IMG/VR virus record: IMGVR_UViG_3300007515_000008
Location: 1 to 63,835 of that record
Direction: 5' to 3' (one strand)
Source of the DNA: a virus
Taxonomy: Duplodnaviria; Caudoviricetes
Length of the DNA: 63,835 nucleotides
Shown here piece by piece: positions 9,834 through 21,700 of the stretch (the stretch's first letter is position 1; every line of letters starts with the position of its first letter). The notes beneath the pieces are model-generated. The model did no database searches, was not told the DNA's origin, and saw nothing but the letters and a program-made list of their open reading frames with translations. Both the position numbers and the translations under genes were made by a program.

Positions 9834-10181
9834 ATGTACACGTTAATGACACTAGAAACTAATTCGGTTATTGATATAGGATTAACTAGAGACCAAATGT
9901 TAGAGAAGATAGATAATACAATGAGACACCTTTTTACCTCGGACTGGTCAGAAGAACCCCAGTTAGGTATGACAACAGACCCTAAAACTATGTCATTCGT
10001 ATATCCACTTAAAAATCATAGAAAGAATGAGTTAATAAGATTACTAACTAAATCGGATTGGAGAATGGGGGTAGATTATCCTCATGATAATCAACAAGAA
10101 TGGATTGACTATAGAGCTAAAATCAGGACTATGTTAGGTAATGATAGTAAAGTATTTCCAGTTCCCCCAGTTCCATACTAG
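9834..10181 (+). CDS. Tail fibre assembly chaperone-like protein
   Basis: LTKSDW...EWIDYRAKIR...FPVPP motif. Confidence 0.55.
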   Translation: MYTLMTLETNSVIDIGLTRDQMLEKIDNTMRHLFTSDWSEEPQLGMTTDPKTMSFVYPLKNHRKNELIRLLTKSDWRMGVDYPHDNQQEWIDYRAKIRTMLGNDSKVFPVPPVPY

Positions 10182-10232
10182 AAAATATAAATATTTAAGA
10201 GATGTTTGAAAAATTAAAAGGTGGAATGAGTA

Positions 10233-10673
10233 ATGTATGAGATAAAGCGAGTTGAAGGAGAAGATGTTCTCAAAAGATATAATGTAATTAAGATAGAAAT
10301 AGATAAAGCTATGGTACATTCTAGTCGTGAATGGACTGCAGCTGAAATAATTAAACATGTTATAGCTGAACCAAATCTGTTTCAGGTATGGGAAGTATTA
10401 GAAGATAATACTACTATAGCATTTGCTACGACACGTGTATTGCAATATAATAATTTTATTGCTTTACATATTATTAGTTTAGGTGGTTCGGATATTTATA
10501 ATAAAATTCCTGCCCTGATAACTATATTTGAAGATATGGTTAAAAAACATGAGAACATAGATGTACTCGAATATACAGGCCGTAGAGGCTTTGTAAAGCA
10601 ATTAACTACGGTAGGGTGGACTGAAAAATACACCACAATGCGTAAAAGTCTAAAGGAGAATTTTAATGTCTAA
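10233..10673 (+). CDS. GNAT-fold-like virion assembly protein (P22 gp14-like position)
   Basis: Size, position before ejection genes, EYTGRRGF...VGW motif. Confidence 0.5.
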   Translation: MYEIKRVEGEDVLKRYNVIKIEIDKAMVHSSREWTAAEIIKHVIAEPNLFQVWEVLEDNTTIAFATTRVLQYNNFIALHIISLGGSDIYNKIPALITIFEDMVKKHENIDVLEYTGRRGFVKQLTTVGWTEKYTTMRKSLKENFNV

Positions 10674-11376
10674 AATTAAAATTTATGATGGTGTTGTCAT
10701 AGACATGGCGACAAGCAACATAATAAAAGAAGGCAAAGTTAGTTATGCAAACTCTGATCAAGTCGCATATACTAAAGGTGGTGATAAAACTCAGGTAACT
10801 AATACAGGTGTTGCCTCAGAATTTAAACCCCAAATATCAAGCATGCTTGGTACTGCTGAAAGTTTATATGGATCTGGAAAATTAGGTGCAGTAGCAGGAT
10901 TTACTCCTGAACAAATGGCTGCGCAACAACAATCGCAAGTATTAGCTCAAAACCAATTAGGTTTAGAAAGTGGTATAGCAGGACTTGCTCAACAACCTCT
11001 AAATTTACAAGGTATGAGAACTGCAGCCGCAACACAAGCACAACAAGCTTTAGGTTTAAATGCTTATGGTGCTGGTCGTGCTGGTGGTTTAGGTGGATCT
11101 AGACAGTATTTAAATCAAGCGAATATACAGAATGATCTTGCTGCTAAGTTTGCTGGTATTGATTTACAAGCTCAGCAAGGACAATTTGATCGAATGCAAC
11201 AAGCACTTGGTGCTCAAGGAGCAGGAGCTAAAACTCTTTCAGCTCTTGGTGCAGCGACTCAACAACAAGCACAGAATGAAGCTGATGCAGCTTATAAAGG
11301 TTTACAACAATATGCTAGTGTTTTTGGTACTGCAGCTCCTAAGGAGACTGTAACAACTTCAACTGGAGGTAAGTAA
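10666..11376 (+). CDS. Small ejection (internal virion) protein
   Basis: A/Q/G-rich helical sequence with GGLGGSRQ motif, typical of podovirus pilot proteins. Confidence 0.6.
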   Translation: MSKIKIYDGVVIDMATSNIIKEGKVSYANSDQVAYTKGGDKTQVTNTGVASEFKPQISSMLGTAESLYGSGKLGAVAGFTPEQMAAQQQSQVLAQNQLGLESGIAGLAQQPLNLQGMRTAAATQAQQALGLNAYGAGRAGGLGGSRQYLNQANIQNDLAAKFAGIDLQAQQGQFDRMQQALGAQGAGAKTLSALGAATQQQAQNEADAAYKGLQQYASVFGTAAPKETVTTSTGGK

Positions 11377-11933
11377 TGGCTGTTGACAGACCTAAAAAAA
11401 TTAATGAGATGACTTACCAAGAATGGTTAAATCTTAGTCCCAAAAGACAGAGAGATCAAAAAGAACACATGAGAAGAATAGATACTGGAATAGGTACTTT
11501 ATATCCATATGAAGCTGCAAAACGATATTATAATAAGAATTCCCCTGGTGCTGGAATTGGTGCTTGGTCACCTTATGATTTAAATTTAGGAGTAGCTACT
11601 CAAAGTAAATTTGAACCTATAGTAGGTAGTAATGTTGGTATTAAAGCTCCAACACATCAAGACACTAGTCAAATAGGTGCTGAAGAAAGAGCAACTGGTA
11701 AAGCTGTTGGTGGTACTGTAGGTGGTATTGTTGCGGCTATGATGGGTTTACCTCCGCAAGTAGGTGTTGCAGCTGGTAGTGCTTTAGGTGGAGGTGGTAG
11801 TGTAGGAGAAACTGCTACATCTGCTTTAGGAGGATATGCTGACGAGATAAAACCTGGTGATGAAGGTAAAATAAAAGATTTCATAAAACAAGATACTAGT
11901 GTTCCAGATGTTTGGGGTCATCCAGCAAGATGA
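11376..11933 (+). CDS. Ejection protein with glycine-zipper segment
   Basis: GKAVGGTVGGIVAAMMG...AAGSALGG; position in cluster. Confidence 0.5.
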   Translation: MAVDRPKKINEMTYQEWLNLSPKRQRDQKEHMRRIDTGIGTLYPYEAAKRYYNKNSPGAGIGAWSPYDLNLGVATQSKFEPIVGSNVGIKAPTHQDTSQIGAEERATGKAVGGTVGGIVAAMMGLPPQVGVAAGSALGGGGSVGETATSALGGYADEIKPGDEGKIKDFIKQDTSVPDVWGHPAR

Positions 11934-11959
11934 TTACGATTTAATTAAAGGAGAAATAT

Positions 11960-14119
11960 ATGGCTGTTCGTGATTTTACGGCATTACAAGAAAAAATTGA
12001 AGCAGAGAAACTTGCTGCTATTGCCGCTGCTGAAGCTGCCGCTGCTGCTACAGAAACTCAGACCTTGTCAGAATTTGATCAAAATAATAATATAGATCTT
12101 TTACGTAGTCAAAGTGATAGACTTCTTAATCAAGCTACTATACCTTTCGAAGATTTACCAGCTGATAGTTTATTAAGAGCACAACCTGCAGATCAATTTT
12201 CAGAATTTGATATTACAATGCCTGGTGAAAGTGAATTTGGTAGTGGTTACTTTCATTTTGAAAGACCTAAGGATGCAGCAGATAGAGTACATGCAGAAGT
12301 ATTAGCTCAAGGTGGAACTGGTACTCAAGCTAGAGCTTATGGTATAGAAGCACTTAATTTAGCTAAACAAAATCAACAACAAGAAGTTGTATATCCTCAA
12401 ACTGAAGAGGATTTTATTGCTCAAAATATATCTAAATTATATCGACAAAATCCTGAACGTTATAGAAATTTACATGGTGATGCTGCTGCTGATGAACAAG
12501 AAAAACTTTGGGCTTTAACTAATAAAGGTCAATTCGAAAAAGAACGAGAAGAATTATTTGCGAAAGCTGCAATTCAAAAAGAAGAACGAGAAGCTAAAGA
12601 AAATGCCGCTATTGAAAAATATGGTCTTGAAGATCGAGAAGGTTTTCAATTATATCTAAGGAATCCTGATAGATATGAAGTAATATATGGTACAGAAGCT
12701 AGAGACGAATTAGATAATCTAATAGGTAGAGAAAGAACAATTGCACATGCTGGTAGTACTATTGGAGAACATGGTAGTGCTATGGCTCTTGCTAAAGCTG
12801 CAGATGATAAATCAAATTCTGAAACAATATTAACTGAAACTGAGTTAGCTGCTAGTCAAAATGATGGTACAGAAACTGATACTTCTGAATCTGTTGCTAA
12901 AAGTATTGCAACAGAATTAAATTTAGATGTTCATGATACTACAAAAATAACAGAAGATTTAGAAGAAGGCGCTAATATTAAAAATCCTAAGGATAAAGCT
13001 ACTTGGATAAAAAGTATTAGAAGTTTTTACAAAGAAAATCCAGAGCTTGCTACTGCTATTATCAGAGCTGCATCTACTTATCTACAAACAGGTAAGTGGT
13101 ATATGGCTGCTGCAGCAGGATTAGAAGGTGCGTTAGAAGGAGCAGGTGTTAAGATCGCTGCTGATGAAAGACATTTAACAAGACAAGAAGGTCTTAGAAA
13201 ATTATATACTCCTGAGTCTGTTAATGCATATAATATATCAGGTGATGTTAGAGATCTTAAATGGGATATGACTAAGATTGAAAAGAACCATGAGATATAT
13301 CTTGCAGAATTAGCTGCTCGTACATCAGAAGCAAAAGCAGAAGAACTAAGGAAATTACTTGTTTCTTTAAATCATGATAATGTTAAGTATCTTGAAGCTC
13401 GTCAAGCTAGTATAGTAGGTGGATTAGATGCAATGTTTGGTGAGTCAGAAAAAGGTGATGGCTTTAAAAGATCTGGGTTCGGTATTGAACCAGGAGATGT
13501 TGGAAGTTTAATATTACTTCATGCTAGAAATAATGGTCTTGTAGATGAAGCAGGAAATTTATATTTAGAACAAATAACAGAAACTGGTATGAATGATATA
13601 CGTAATATTGTTGAAGAATATGGACGTATTCAATATAAACATTACGAAAAGAACGGATATGTTGATAGAAATATGAGTCTTCTGAAGTTCGCAGATCAAC
13701 AAATTATTCGTAAAGAGTTGGAACAAGGTCCAGGTATTAGTGGTGCTTTACTTGAAGAGTGGACCACTGATCCTGAAGAAGGTGTATATGCTGCTGAGTC
13801 TACTGATGCTGTTAAAAATACTATCAATGAATTAATAAGAGTAAATCCTAGTTGGGATACAGATCCTGATACAGGTGGTGTACAAAAACCTACTGAGAAT
13901 CAGATATGGAAACAACTTGGAGCTCATTGGACTGATATGGGTGAAGACAATCAAAAATTCTGGATAGATGCGGCTACAAAACAAAAGAACCCACCAACAA
14001 GTGGATTCCTTTTCTTTGCTAATCAATGGGTAACTGCAGGTGATGAGTATGAATGGTTTAAAACAAGAGGTATGCAGTTATTTCAAACACCGAAGATTTC
14101 AATACAAGCAGTAAAATAG
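11960..14119 (+). CDS. Internal virion/ejection protein
   Basis: 719 aa, helical and acidic, between ejection genes. Confidence 0.55.
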   Translation: MAVRDFTALQEKIEAEKLAAIAAAEAAAAATETQTLSEFDQNNNIDLLRSQSDRLLNQATIPFEDLPADSLLRAQPADQFSEFDITMPGESEFGSGYFHFERPKDAADRVHAEVLAQGGTGTQARAYGIEALNLAKQNQQQEVVYPQTEEDFIAQNISKLYRQNPERYRNLHGDAAADEQEKLWALTNKGQFEKEREELFAKAAIQKEEREAKENAAIEKYGLEDREGFQLYLRNPDRYEVIYGTEARDELDNLIGRERTIAHAGSTIGEHGSAMALAKAADDKSNSETILTETELAASQNDGTETDTSESVAKSIATELNLDVHDTTKITEDLEEGANIKNPKDKATWIKSIRSFYKENPELATAIIRAASTYLQTGKWYMAAAAGLEGALEGAGVKIAADERHLTRQEGLRKLYTPESVNAYNISGDVRDLKWDMTKIEKNHEIYLAELAARTSEAKAEELRKLLVSLNHDNVKYLEARQASIVGGLDAMFGESEKGDGFKRSGFGIEPGDVGSLILLHARNNGLVDEAGNLYLEQITETGMNDIRNIVEEYGRIQYKHYEKNGYVDRNMSLLKFADQQIIRKELEQGPGISGALLEEWTTDPEEGVYAAESTDAVKNTINELIRVNPSWDTDPDTGGVQKPTENQIWKQLGAHWTDMGEDNQKFWIDAATKQKNPPTSGFLFFANQWVTAGDEYEWFKTRGMQLFQTPKISIQAVK

Positions 14120-14128
14120 GAGTGGTTT

Positions 14129-17100
14129 ATGACTTTAGAAGTCAATATTATTAAAGGTAATACACCAGTTCCAAAGTTTAATATGAGTGGTTTTACTGGT
14201 GCAGCTATGTACCAAGATATGGATATCGATGGAGAGAATCGTAACTTCCGTTGGGAAGATGGTGATACAGTATACGATGATATAACAGATCAAGGTTATA
14301 GACTCCGTGGTTTTGATGCTCTTGAAACAGAGCATATAGGTTTAGATAAACAAATATATAAGTCTGGTGAAGTTGGTGGTGAGACTCAGAAGAGAAAGTT
14401 TTATGAACTTGCTAAGAAATTAGGTTATAACAAACTTGTTAAGACAGGTGAGAAAGATGAGTACGGTAGACATATAGCTGATTTACAAAATGCTCAAGGT
14501 CAATCATTTGCTACCTCATTATATTCAAATGGGTTAATGCATACTAATCATTTTACTTCCGAAAAAGATAAACAAGCTTATGAGAGTAGACATTTTAATA
14601 GTCTTATGGGTATTGATACTACTACTAGTGAGTGGGGTAAAGCTAAAGCTGAAATAGATGATTACATGAATAAATCAACATTAGTTGATAAAAATGGTAA
14701 TCCTTTAATGAAAGTAAAAGCCATGAATGAATGGGAGTTAAATAATGCTCAAATAGCTTCTGAACTTTATGGTGTTATAAATCCTTATATGGATCATACA
14801 GTAGAATATCGACATGAAGGTATGGATATATATGGTAAAGCTTACAATCCTTTTAGAGCTGGTTTAAAACAAGGCTGGATGAGTATATTAGAAGGCGCAA
14901 GCGGAGCTAAATCTGTATTAGGTTCTTTAGTTGGTAATCAACGTTGGTACGAACAAGGTATGTTGAATGCTGAATCTCGTGCTGAAGATATGAAAAGACT
15001 TCCTAGTTTTGTTCAAGATATCCATGATGTAGATTTTGGAGAGAATGCTGCAGAATATATTATGGGTTTAGGTGGTGTCGCTATACCTTATATGTTAGGA
15101 ATTATTGGTGCTGGTGTTGCTGGAACTCTAGCTGTAGGTGCAGGAGCTACTGGATTAATGGCCGCACTTGGAACTGGAATAGCTATAACGCCTATTGCAG
15201 CAGTTTATGCTGGTGAAGTATTTAATAATATGGAAGGAGATATTAATACCAAGGATCCAAAAGTTGCTATAACAGCTGGAATAGCTATGTCTGTTTTAGA
15301 TAGGTTAGGTTTAAAAGGTATTCTAAAACCTTCTCAAGTATTAAAAAAAGATGGTTATAAACAAGTAGAAGAACAACTTGTTAAACGAGAAATAGATGGT
15401 ATAAAAAATAGATTTATTAATGAAGAAATAAATATATTAAAAAAATCAGATAAATATGCTAAAATGAATTCTTCACAGAAGAAAACAGCAGAAGCAGGAG
15501 CTAGAACAAGAGGCTCAAATAGATATGATAATATGAATGCCTCACAAAGAGCTGTAGCAGAACAAGGTGCTAAAACAAGAGCTGCTCATCAACTAGCAGA
15601 AGCTAAAGTACAAGGTGTTTTAGGTTTAGTTAAATCAATGGCTGGACATGCAGATATTCAGATTAAGAAACAATTATTATTAAAAGAGTTTGGTATTGGT
15701 ATGATGAAAGGTACTGCTATTGAATCAGCTACTGAGACTATGCAAGAAGGTATTGGTAATATAGCATCTGCTTATGGATCTGAAAAAGATTTTAATTGGG
15801 CTGAGTTTCAAAACATTGTAGAGAATGCTGCTGTTGGTGGTGCTTTAATGGGTGGTACTATTGGTGGTGTTTCAAGTGGCGTTTCAGGTTATGGTTCTAT
15901 TAAGAAGATGCAATCAGATTATGGCACTGCTAAAGAAAATGCCGGTGATGGATTCTTTAATTATGCTGAAGATTCAGATGGTAATACTTTAGGACATGTA
16001 TTAGGTGAAGATGGTAGTGCTTTAGGATATGTTACAACTCCTAATGGACATACATATTCTAAACCTATGACTCAACTTGAGTTTGATAACGATCCAGATA
16101 TGAGAGGAAACAAGTGGAGTGTTATCAATAAGATGACAGAAGATCAAAAGAATAATAATAGTAATTTTAAAAATAATACGTGGGAACCTGCATTTGTTGA
16201 TGTTGAAGATATTAACGATGAGATAGTAAATGCTTTTGATTCAGATACAGATATGAATGACTCTGAAATACAACGTCAAATAGATGAAGAAATAAAAATA
16301 GGTGAGGGTAAAGGTCAGACTGAAGCTGGAGAAGTTATTATACCTAAGATGACTTTATGGGAGAGAGCTAAAAAACTTCCTAAACAAATGTTTATGAAAT
16401 ATGGAGCTATTGAAGCTGGTAAATTAAATGATCCTGATCTTAATCCTACTGCTAAAAGATATCTTAGTGCTTTACTACAAACATTCGCGCAGTCTAATAT
16501 AGGTTTAGCTGTTGGTGTTGGTTTTATGAAAGTCAAAGGTAGACTAACACAAGGTTTTACTCAAGAATCTACTAATTTAAAAACCGCTTTACTTAATACT
16601 GTTAATAAACCCAATACATCTAAAGGTGTTGAAGAAGCTACTCAAACATTTAGAGAGTTTGTAGAAAGTAAAAGAGCAATGGAACGTGGAGATAAAACTC
16701 TTCAAGAACATAAAACCCAATGGGGTGCGATGGAAAAAAGACTTGATGTTATTCATAATAGAATGACTCAGTTGACTGATACATTACGTAAAGTAGTTAA
16801 TGCTAATGCCTTTGAAGAAGGTGAAGCGAAGATGGGTTATGTAGAAGATTGGTTCTTTAATTCTGCTAAACTAGATACTTCAAAACTTGTTAAAGGTAAA
16901 GGAGCTTTTGTTAATGCACTCCAACAAGATTGGACGCATCCTAAAACTGGTCAAGTACATAAAGGTATTAGTAAAGAAGCAGCTGAAGATTTATATGAAA
17001 AATTAGTATTTGATTTTAAAGGTCAAAGAGAAGTTTTAACAGATAGTATTTATCATACTACAACTGATGCTGATGCTACTAAGAAAGTTACATTAAATAT

Positions 17101-18760
17101 TAATGACAATCCTTTAATGCAAGATTTCCTGCATACAGATCATTTCGGAAAGTTAGATAATAATATACATGATATGGTTAATTTTGCTATAGATATGAAA
17201 TATTTAGGTAGAAATGATATCAAACTTAACAAAATGATTATGAAAGTTAAGGATGTTATGGGAGATAAATGGGATCCTAGTATAGCAGCAACAGTTAGAA
17301 ATTCTGTAGATACACAACGTGGTAAATACAAAGCTATACGTAGTAAAGCTTTAAAGAAAGCTCAAGATCATATTACTTTCTTTAATACATTAACTCAATT
17401 AGATACTTCAATGCTAGCGTCTTTACCTGAGTTAGCACTAGTTATGGTTGGTGCTGCATATCACAAAGGACTTATCAATATAGTACGTCAAGGTGCTAAA
17501 GACGTAGGTAAACACTATGCTGGGACAGCGAGAATGACTAAGGGAAGACTTAAAGGACAAAGCCTTACTGACCCTACATTAGAAGATGTTATGCCTACTC
17601 CACGAATAATTGAAAATTTTGGTGGTAGAGAAGGCGACGGTATGGTAGATAGAGTAGCTAGAGATCGTTTAGATATTTCTATAGAAAATATCAACATGAA
17701 TCGTCTTAGTTTTTATGGTGGTATGTATGGAACAGCTCAACACGGTGTGCTTGGTGCTGTTGATATTGACTCAGCAGCTTATAATTCTCACAAATGGAGA
17801 ACTTGGATTTTAGAATCATTCTTTCGTATGAATGGTCTTAAGTTCTTAACAGATGGAGCAAGAGTAGCTAGACTTGCAATAGCTAATGATGCTATTTTTA
17901 CTGATTTAGAAATTATTAATGGTTTCTATGAAGTTGGTAAAACAAATAGTAATTATGCTAATGATGCTTATGAAAGATTAAGAGAGTTAAATATTGATCC
18001 AGTTAAGACTGCTAAATTATATGCGAATGCTACTAACGAAGTTGGAAAATTAGCAGCATACGGTACTGAAGGTTTCCAACCAAAGAAAGATGGAAAACTT
18101 GATACACAGGTATTACATGAATATATATTTAAAAATCATGCTGAGCTTTATAATATATTAGAAGATGGTAGAATATCTTTTGTTGATAACGCATTAGCAA
18201 GACCAACATCTGTTGATAGGCCTTTATGGTATTCTAATCCTCACTTCAGGTTACTTACTCAGTATCAAGGTTTCTTATCAACATTTACTTCTCATATAAT
18301 ACCGAAGTTATATAAGAGAGCTAAGAAAGCAGATCCAACTCTGAGATATCAAGCATTTGCAGTTGCTGCTACTATGTTAGCTCTTGCTATACTTGGTCAG
18401 GAATTAAAAGATGAATGGAAATTTGGAAGACATAGTCCTTATGTTGATACAAATTTAAAGACTGCTCAAAGAGCTTTAAGTGCTTCTGGTTTATTAGGTA
18501 CTGGTCATAGATTATTAGACTTTGTACATCCAATATATACTAGTAAACCAAGATATAATCAGACTACTTTAGATCAATTAGGTAGATTTGCTGGACATAC
18601 TATTGAAGAATTTGGTGGTCCTACTGGTGGTACAGTTAAAAATGCTAGTAGAATAGCTACTAATTTAATTAGTGGTAAGAATGCTACTGCTTTATATTAT
18701 GCAAGAAATTGGATACCACTAATTGGTAGACATCAGAAAGGTGAAAGACCTTATGAATAA
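14129..18760 (+). CDS. Large ejection protein with N-terminal thermonuclease (SNase)-like domain
   Basis: 1543 aa; EDGDT...RLRGFDALE...DEYGR at the N-terminus; hydrophobic Gly/Ala membrane-inserting segments. Confidence 0.7.
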   Translation: MTLEVNIIKGNTPVPKFNMSGFTGAAMYQDMDIDGENRNFRWEDGDTVYDDITDQGYRLRGFDALETEHIGLDKQIYKSGEVGGETQKRKFYELAKKLGYNKLVKTGEKDEYGRHIADLQNAQGQSFATSLYSNGLMHTNHFTSEKDKQAYESRHFNSLMGIDTTTSEWGKAKAEIDDYMNKSTLVDKNGNPLMKVKAMNEWELNNAQIASELYGVINPYMDHTVEYRHEGMDIYGKAYNPFRAGLKQGWMSILEGASGAKSVLGSLVGNQRWYEQGMLNAESRAEDMKRLPSFVQDIHDVDFGENAAEYIMGLGGVAIPYMLGIIGAGVAGTLAVGAGATGLMAALGTGIAITPIAAVYAGEVFNNMEGDINTKDPKVAITAGIAMSVLDRLGLKGILKPSQVLKKDGYKQVEEQLVKREIDGIKNRFINEEINILKKSDKYAKMNSSQKKTAEAGARTRGSNRYDNMNASQRAVAEQGAKTRAAHQLAEAKVQGVLGLVKSMAGHADIQIKKQLLLKEFGIGMMKGTAIESATETMQEGIGNIASAYGSEKDFNWAEFQNIVENAAVGGALMGGTIGGVSSGVSGYGSIKKMQSDYGTAKENAGDGFFNYAEDSDGNTLGHVLGEDGSALGYVTTPNGHTYSKPMTQLEFDNDPDMRGNKWSVINKMTEDQKNNNSNFKNNTWEPAFVDVEDINDEIVNAFDSDTDMNDSEIQRQIDEEIKIGEGKGQTEAGEVIIPKMTLWERAKKLPKQMFMKYGAIEAGKLNDPDLNPTAKRYLSALLQTFAQSNIGLAVGVGFMKVKGRLTQGFTQESTNLKTALLNTVNKPNTSKGVEEATQTFREFVESKRAMERGDKTLQEHKTQWGAMEKRLDVIHNRMTQLTDTLRKVVNANAFEEGEAKMGYVEDWFFNSAKLDTSKLVKGKGAFVNALQQDWTHPKTGQVHKGISKEAAEDLYEKLVFDFKGQREVLTDSIYHTTTDADATKKVTLNINDNPLMQDFLHTDHFGKLDNNIHDMVNFAIDMKYLGRNDIKLNKMIMKVKDVMGDKWDPSIAATVRNSVDTQRGKYKAIRSKALKKAQDHITFFNTLTQLDTSMLASLPELALVMVGAAYHKGLINIVRQGAKDVGKHYAGTARMTKGRLKGQSLTDPTLEDVMPTPRIIENFGGREGDGMVDRVARDRLDISIENINMNRLSFYGGMYGTAQHGVLGAVDIDSAAYNSHKWRTWILESFFRMNGLKFLTDGARVARLAIANDAIFTDLEIINGFYEVGKTNSNYANDAYERLRELNIDPVKTAKLYANATNEVGKLAAYGTEGFQPKKDGKLDTQVLHEYIFKNHAELYNILEDGRISFVDNALARPTSVDRPLWYSNPHFRLLTQYQGFLSTFTSHIIPKLYKRAKKADPTLRYQAFAVAATMLALAILGQELKDEWKFGRHSPYVDTNLKTAQRALSASGLLGTGHRLLDFVHPIYTSKPRYNQTTLDQLGRFAGHTIEEFGGPTGGTVKNASRIATNLISGKNATALYYARNWIPLIGRHQKGERPYE

Positions 18761-18773
18761 ATAGGAGATATAT

Positions 18774-21700
18774 ATGGGTAAGTATACTGGTGGTAAAAGT
18801 TCTGCTAATCAAAAAACAGATCTTAAAAAACCTAAGTTTAATATGGAAGGTTTCAAACCTTCTGAAGAAGACGCTGGTAATATTGAAAGAAAACGATTAG
18901 CTTTATCACAAGCAGCTAAAAAAGCCTCGCAAATTGAAAGAGATCAAAGAGGTAAAGAAATACCTGAATATTCTAAAGAATGGTCTGAAGCTCGTAGAGC
19001 TAGACTTGAAAGGCAATTAGCTCAACAAGAATATGAAAAAGTTTTAATGAACTTAGATCAACAATCAAGTCTTAATAATGATTTAATTGATGATGTTTAT
19101 GGAGGTACTCAAGATACTACTGGTCAAATAGGTACACCTATAGTAGAAGAAGCAACAGCTCCTGAACAAACAATATATTCTACTCCAGAAGAAGCTCCTG
19201 ATACAGGCACGGGTTTTCCTGGAAATGAACCTGAATCATTAGGTGTGGGTCCTGGAGGAATAGCTGTTACCGATCCTATTGGAACTATGTCTAAAGCTCC
19301 TTTAATAGAGGCTATATTATCTATACCTCAGGAACAAAGAACTACATGGATGTGGAATCAACTTGATGAGCATGGTCCTGAACATTATGATAGGATGCAA
19401 GCTGTAGATCGTGAGATGGTAGATCAAGATGAAGATACTGGAGATCGTCCAAGTCCTATAAGTAAGGTTCAAATACCATACCAAGAAAAAATGCAGATGA
19501 TGCATGATAGTCATGAGATGGGTAGGCAAATACAAAGAGAGATGGATAGACTCTGGGAATCAGGTCAACTTTATGCAAATCAACCAGGACAACCGGGTTG
19601 GGATCGTGCAGATAATGCGGCTATGCTTCAACGTATTAAAGATGGTGAGTTTACAGTAGAATCTGTTCGTGATTTTATGGAAGGTATAGTTACTACTCAT
19701 GAAGAATTAGCGAGAAGAGGTGTTCCTAATGCTCTTTCTGATGTTATGTTACATTCAGTATTACATCAGATAAGAGAGGCTTATAGAAGAAAAGGAGATC
19801 CTGATGATATTAGAGGGCGTGAAGAAGCTATAAGAGATTCTGGTGCTGCACCAACTACTCAAGAAGAAAATGACCAGAGAATAGTTATGAGAGCTCACGA
19901 CCATCGTGAGATAGGTAACTTAATTCTTGGAGCTATGGGTATAGCGCCTGATAGTCGTAATGTTAATAATACTACAGCAGGTACTATTGCTAATAATATG
20001 GTAGCAAAAGTATTTCCAGATTTATTTTATAAAGATTCAAAAGGTAATACTGTAGTTTCTCAAGAAGGTTTTAATACAGCAGAACGTATGCTTCCTATGA
20101 CACAAACTATATTACCACAAGTTAAAATAGGTGTTAGATTTAAAAAGAAAACTACTCAAAGTAATATACAACGACCTCGTTCAGGAGATAAAGATGTTTA
20201 TTATGGAGATTATGATTTAGTTAATGACACTATAGATGTTCTTGATAATCAAGCATGGACAATTGATCAAGATTTTGTTAGAGTTGTAGATGCTCTTGTT
20301 CAATCTGTTGAAACAGATGTTAATGGTAATGTTGTTCTTACAAATATAGATAAATTAATTGGTATAGGTCCAGAAGATACCGGTCAATTAAATAATAGAA
20401 CAGGTGAGCGTAGAAAGAAAGATCCTAGAACAGGACGAGATGTTCTTGATGAAAATGGTCAACCAGTAATGGAATGGTACGCAGGAGATAGAATTAAAGA
20501 TGTTATCTTCAATGATAATATGGATTGGGCTATAGCATTAGGTAATGATAGATTTTATTATGATCACTTTTTAGGTGGAAATAATAGATTTTATATTTCA
20601 CAGTTTGTTGGTAATTATCATAGTCATAAATTAGCTAGAGCTATGTTAATGGCTGATTTTATAGAAATGTATGATACTTCAAATCCTGTTACATTAATGG
20701 AATTAAAAGCAGGAATTGCTAAAAAGTTTGGAAAAAATAAAATGGGTGTTCAAGCAGCTGCAGATTATTTTGATGCTAACATTCAAAGATGGTCTAATAT
20801 GATGGACAATATTAGAGAAGATGGTAAAGCTATTATTGATTTAGCTTATGATAATGATGGATGGGCTTCTGTTAGCGCTTTAACCGAAGCTAAAAAACTA
20901 TTTGATCATTTACGAGATGTTGAAGCAGGTAAATCTAATACAGTATATACATCTAAATTTCTTACTGAGATTGATGGAACAGGAAATGGATTAGCTCATA
21001 ATGCTTTACAAGCTGGTGATTTTAATACAGCATTATTAACTAATATTAATCCTTATTTTAATGCTCCAAAAGGCACTGCTAGAGTAGATAAAGATGGTAA
21101 TTTATTAGAGCATGATGTATATCATGTTACTGGTTCTGGGTTAAAAGCTCAATTAGAATCATTAGCTGATGAAGCAGATGCTGATTATCTTAATCAAGCT
21201 TTTGTAGCATTAGGTCTTATAAATGATAAAACAAGAAGAGATTTTTCAAAAGCACCTTTAATGATATTTCAATATGGAGCAGGTAGAAATTTAATAAAAA
21301 GAATTGTTCGTGAAAATGTATTGTTAATGTTAGAAGATGAAGGTACTTTAAATGCTTTTAATCAGGTAGCTATAGCAATGGGTAAAGATCCTAAAACTAA
21401 AGCACAGATACAAGAAGCTATAGAAGCTGGTGATTTTGAAGGTAGTTCTAATTATAGAGATGCTGATTGGATCATTGATCGTATGGGTGATATGATGGTT
21501 AAGTCTGTAGAAAGTAATTTTCCCATGCTTAAAGACTTAAGTAATATATTATCATCAATGGCTAATGCTGCTTCACTTCATCAACCACCTATTGATTTAT
21601 CAGTTATTACTATAGGTGGGCATCGTATTAATTTTGGCCATACTATGTGGGAGAAAGATGAGGTTAGATCTTTTGTAGATACTGTAAATAAAGGAGATTA

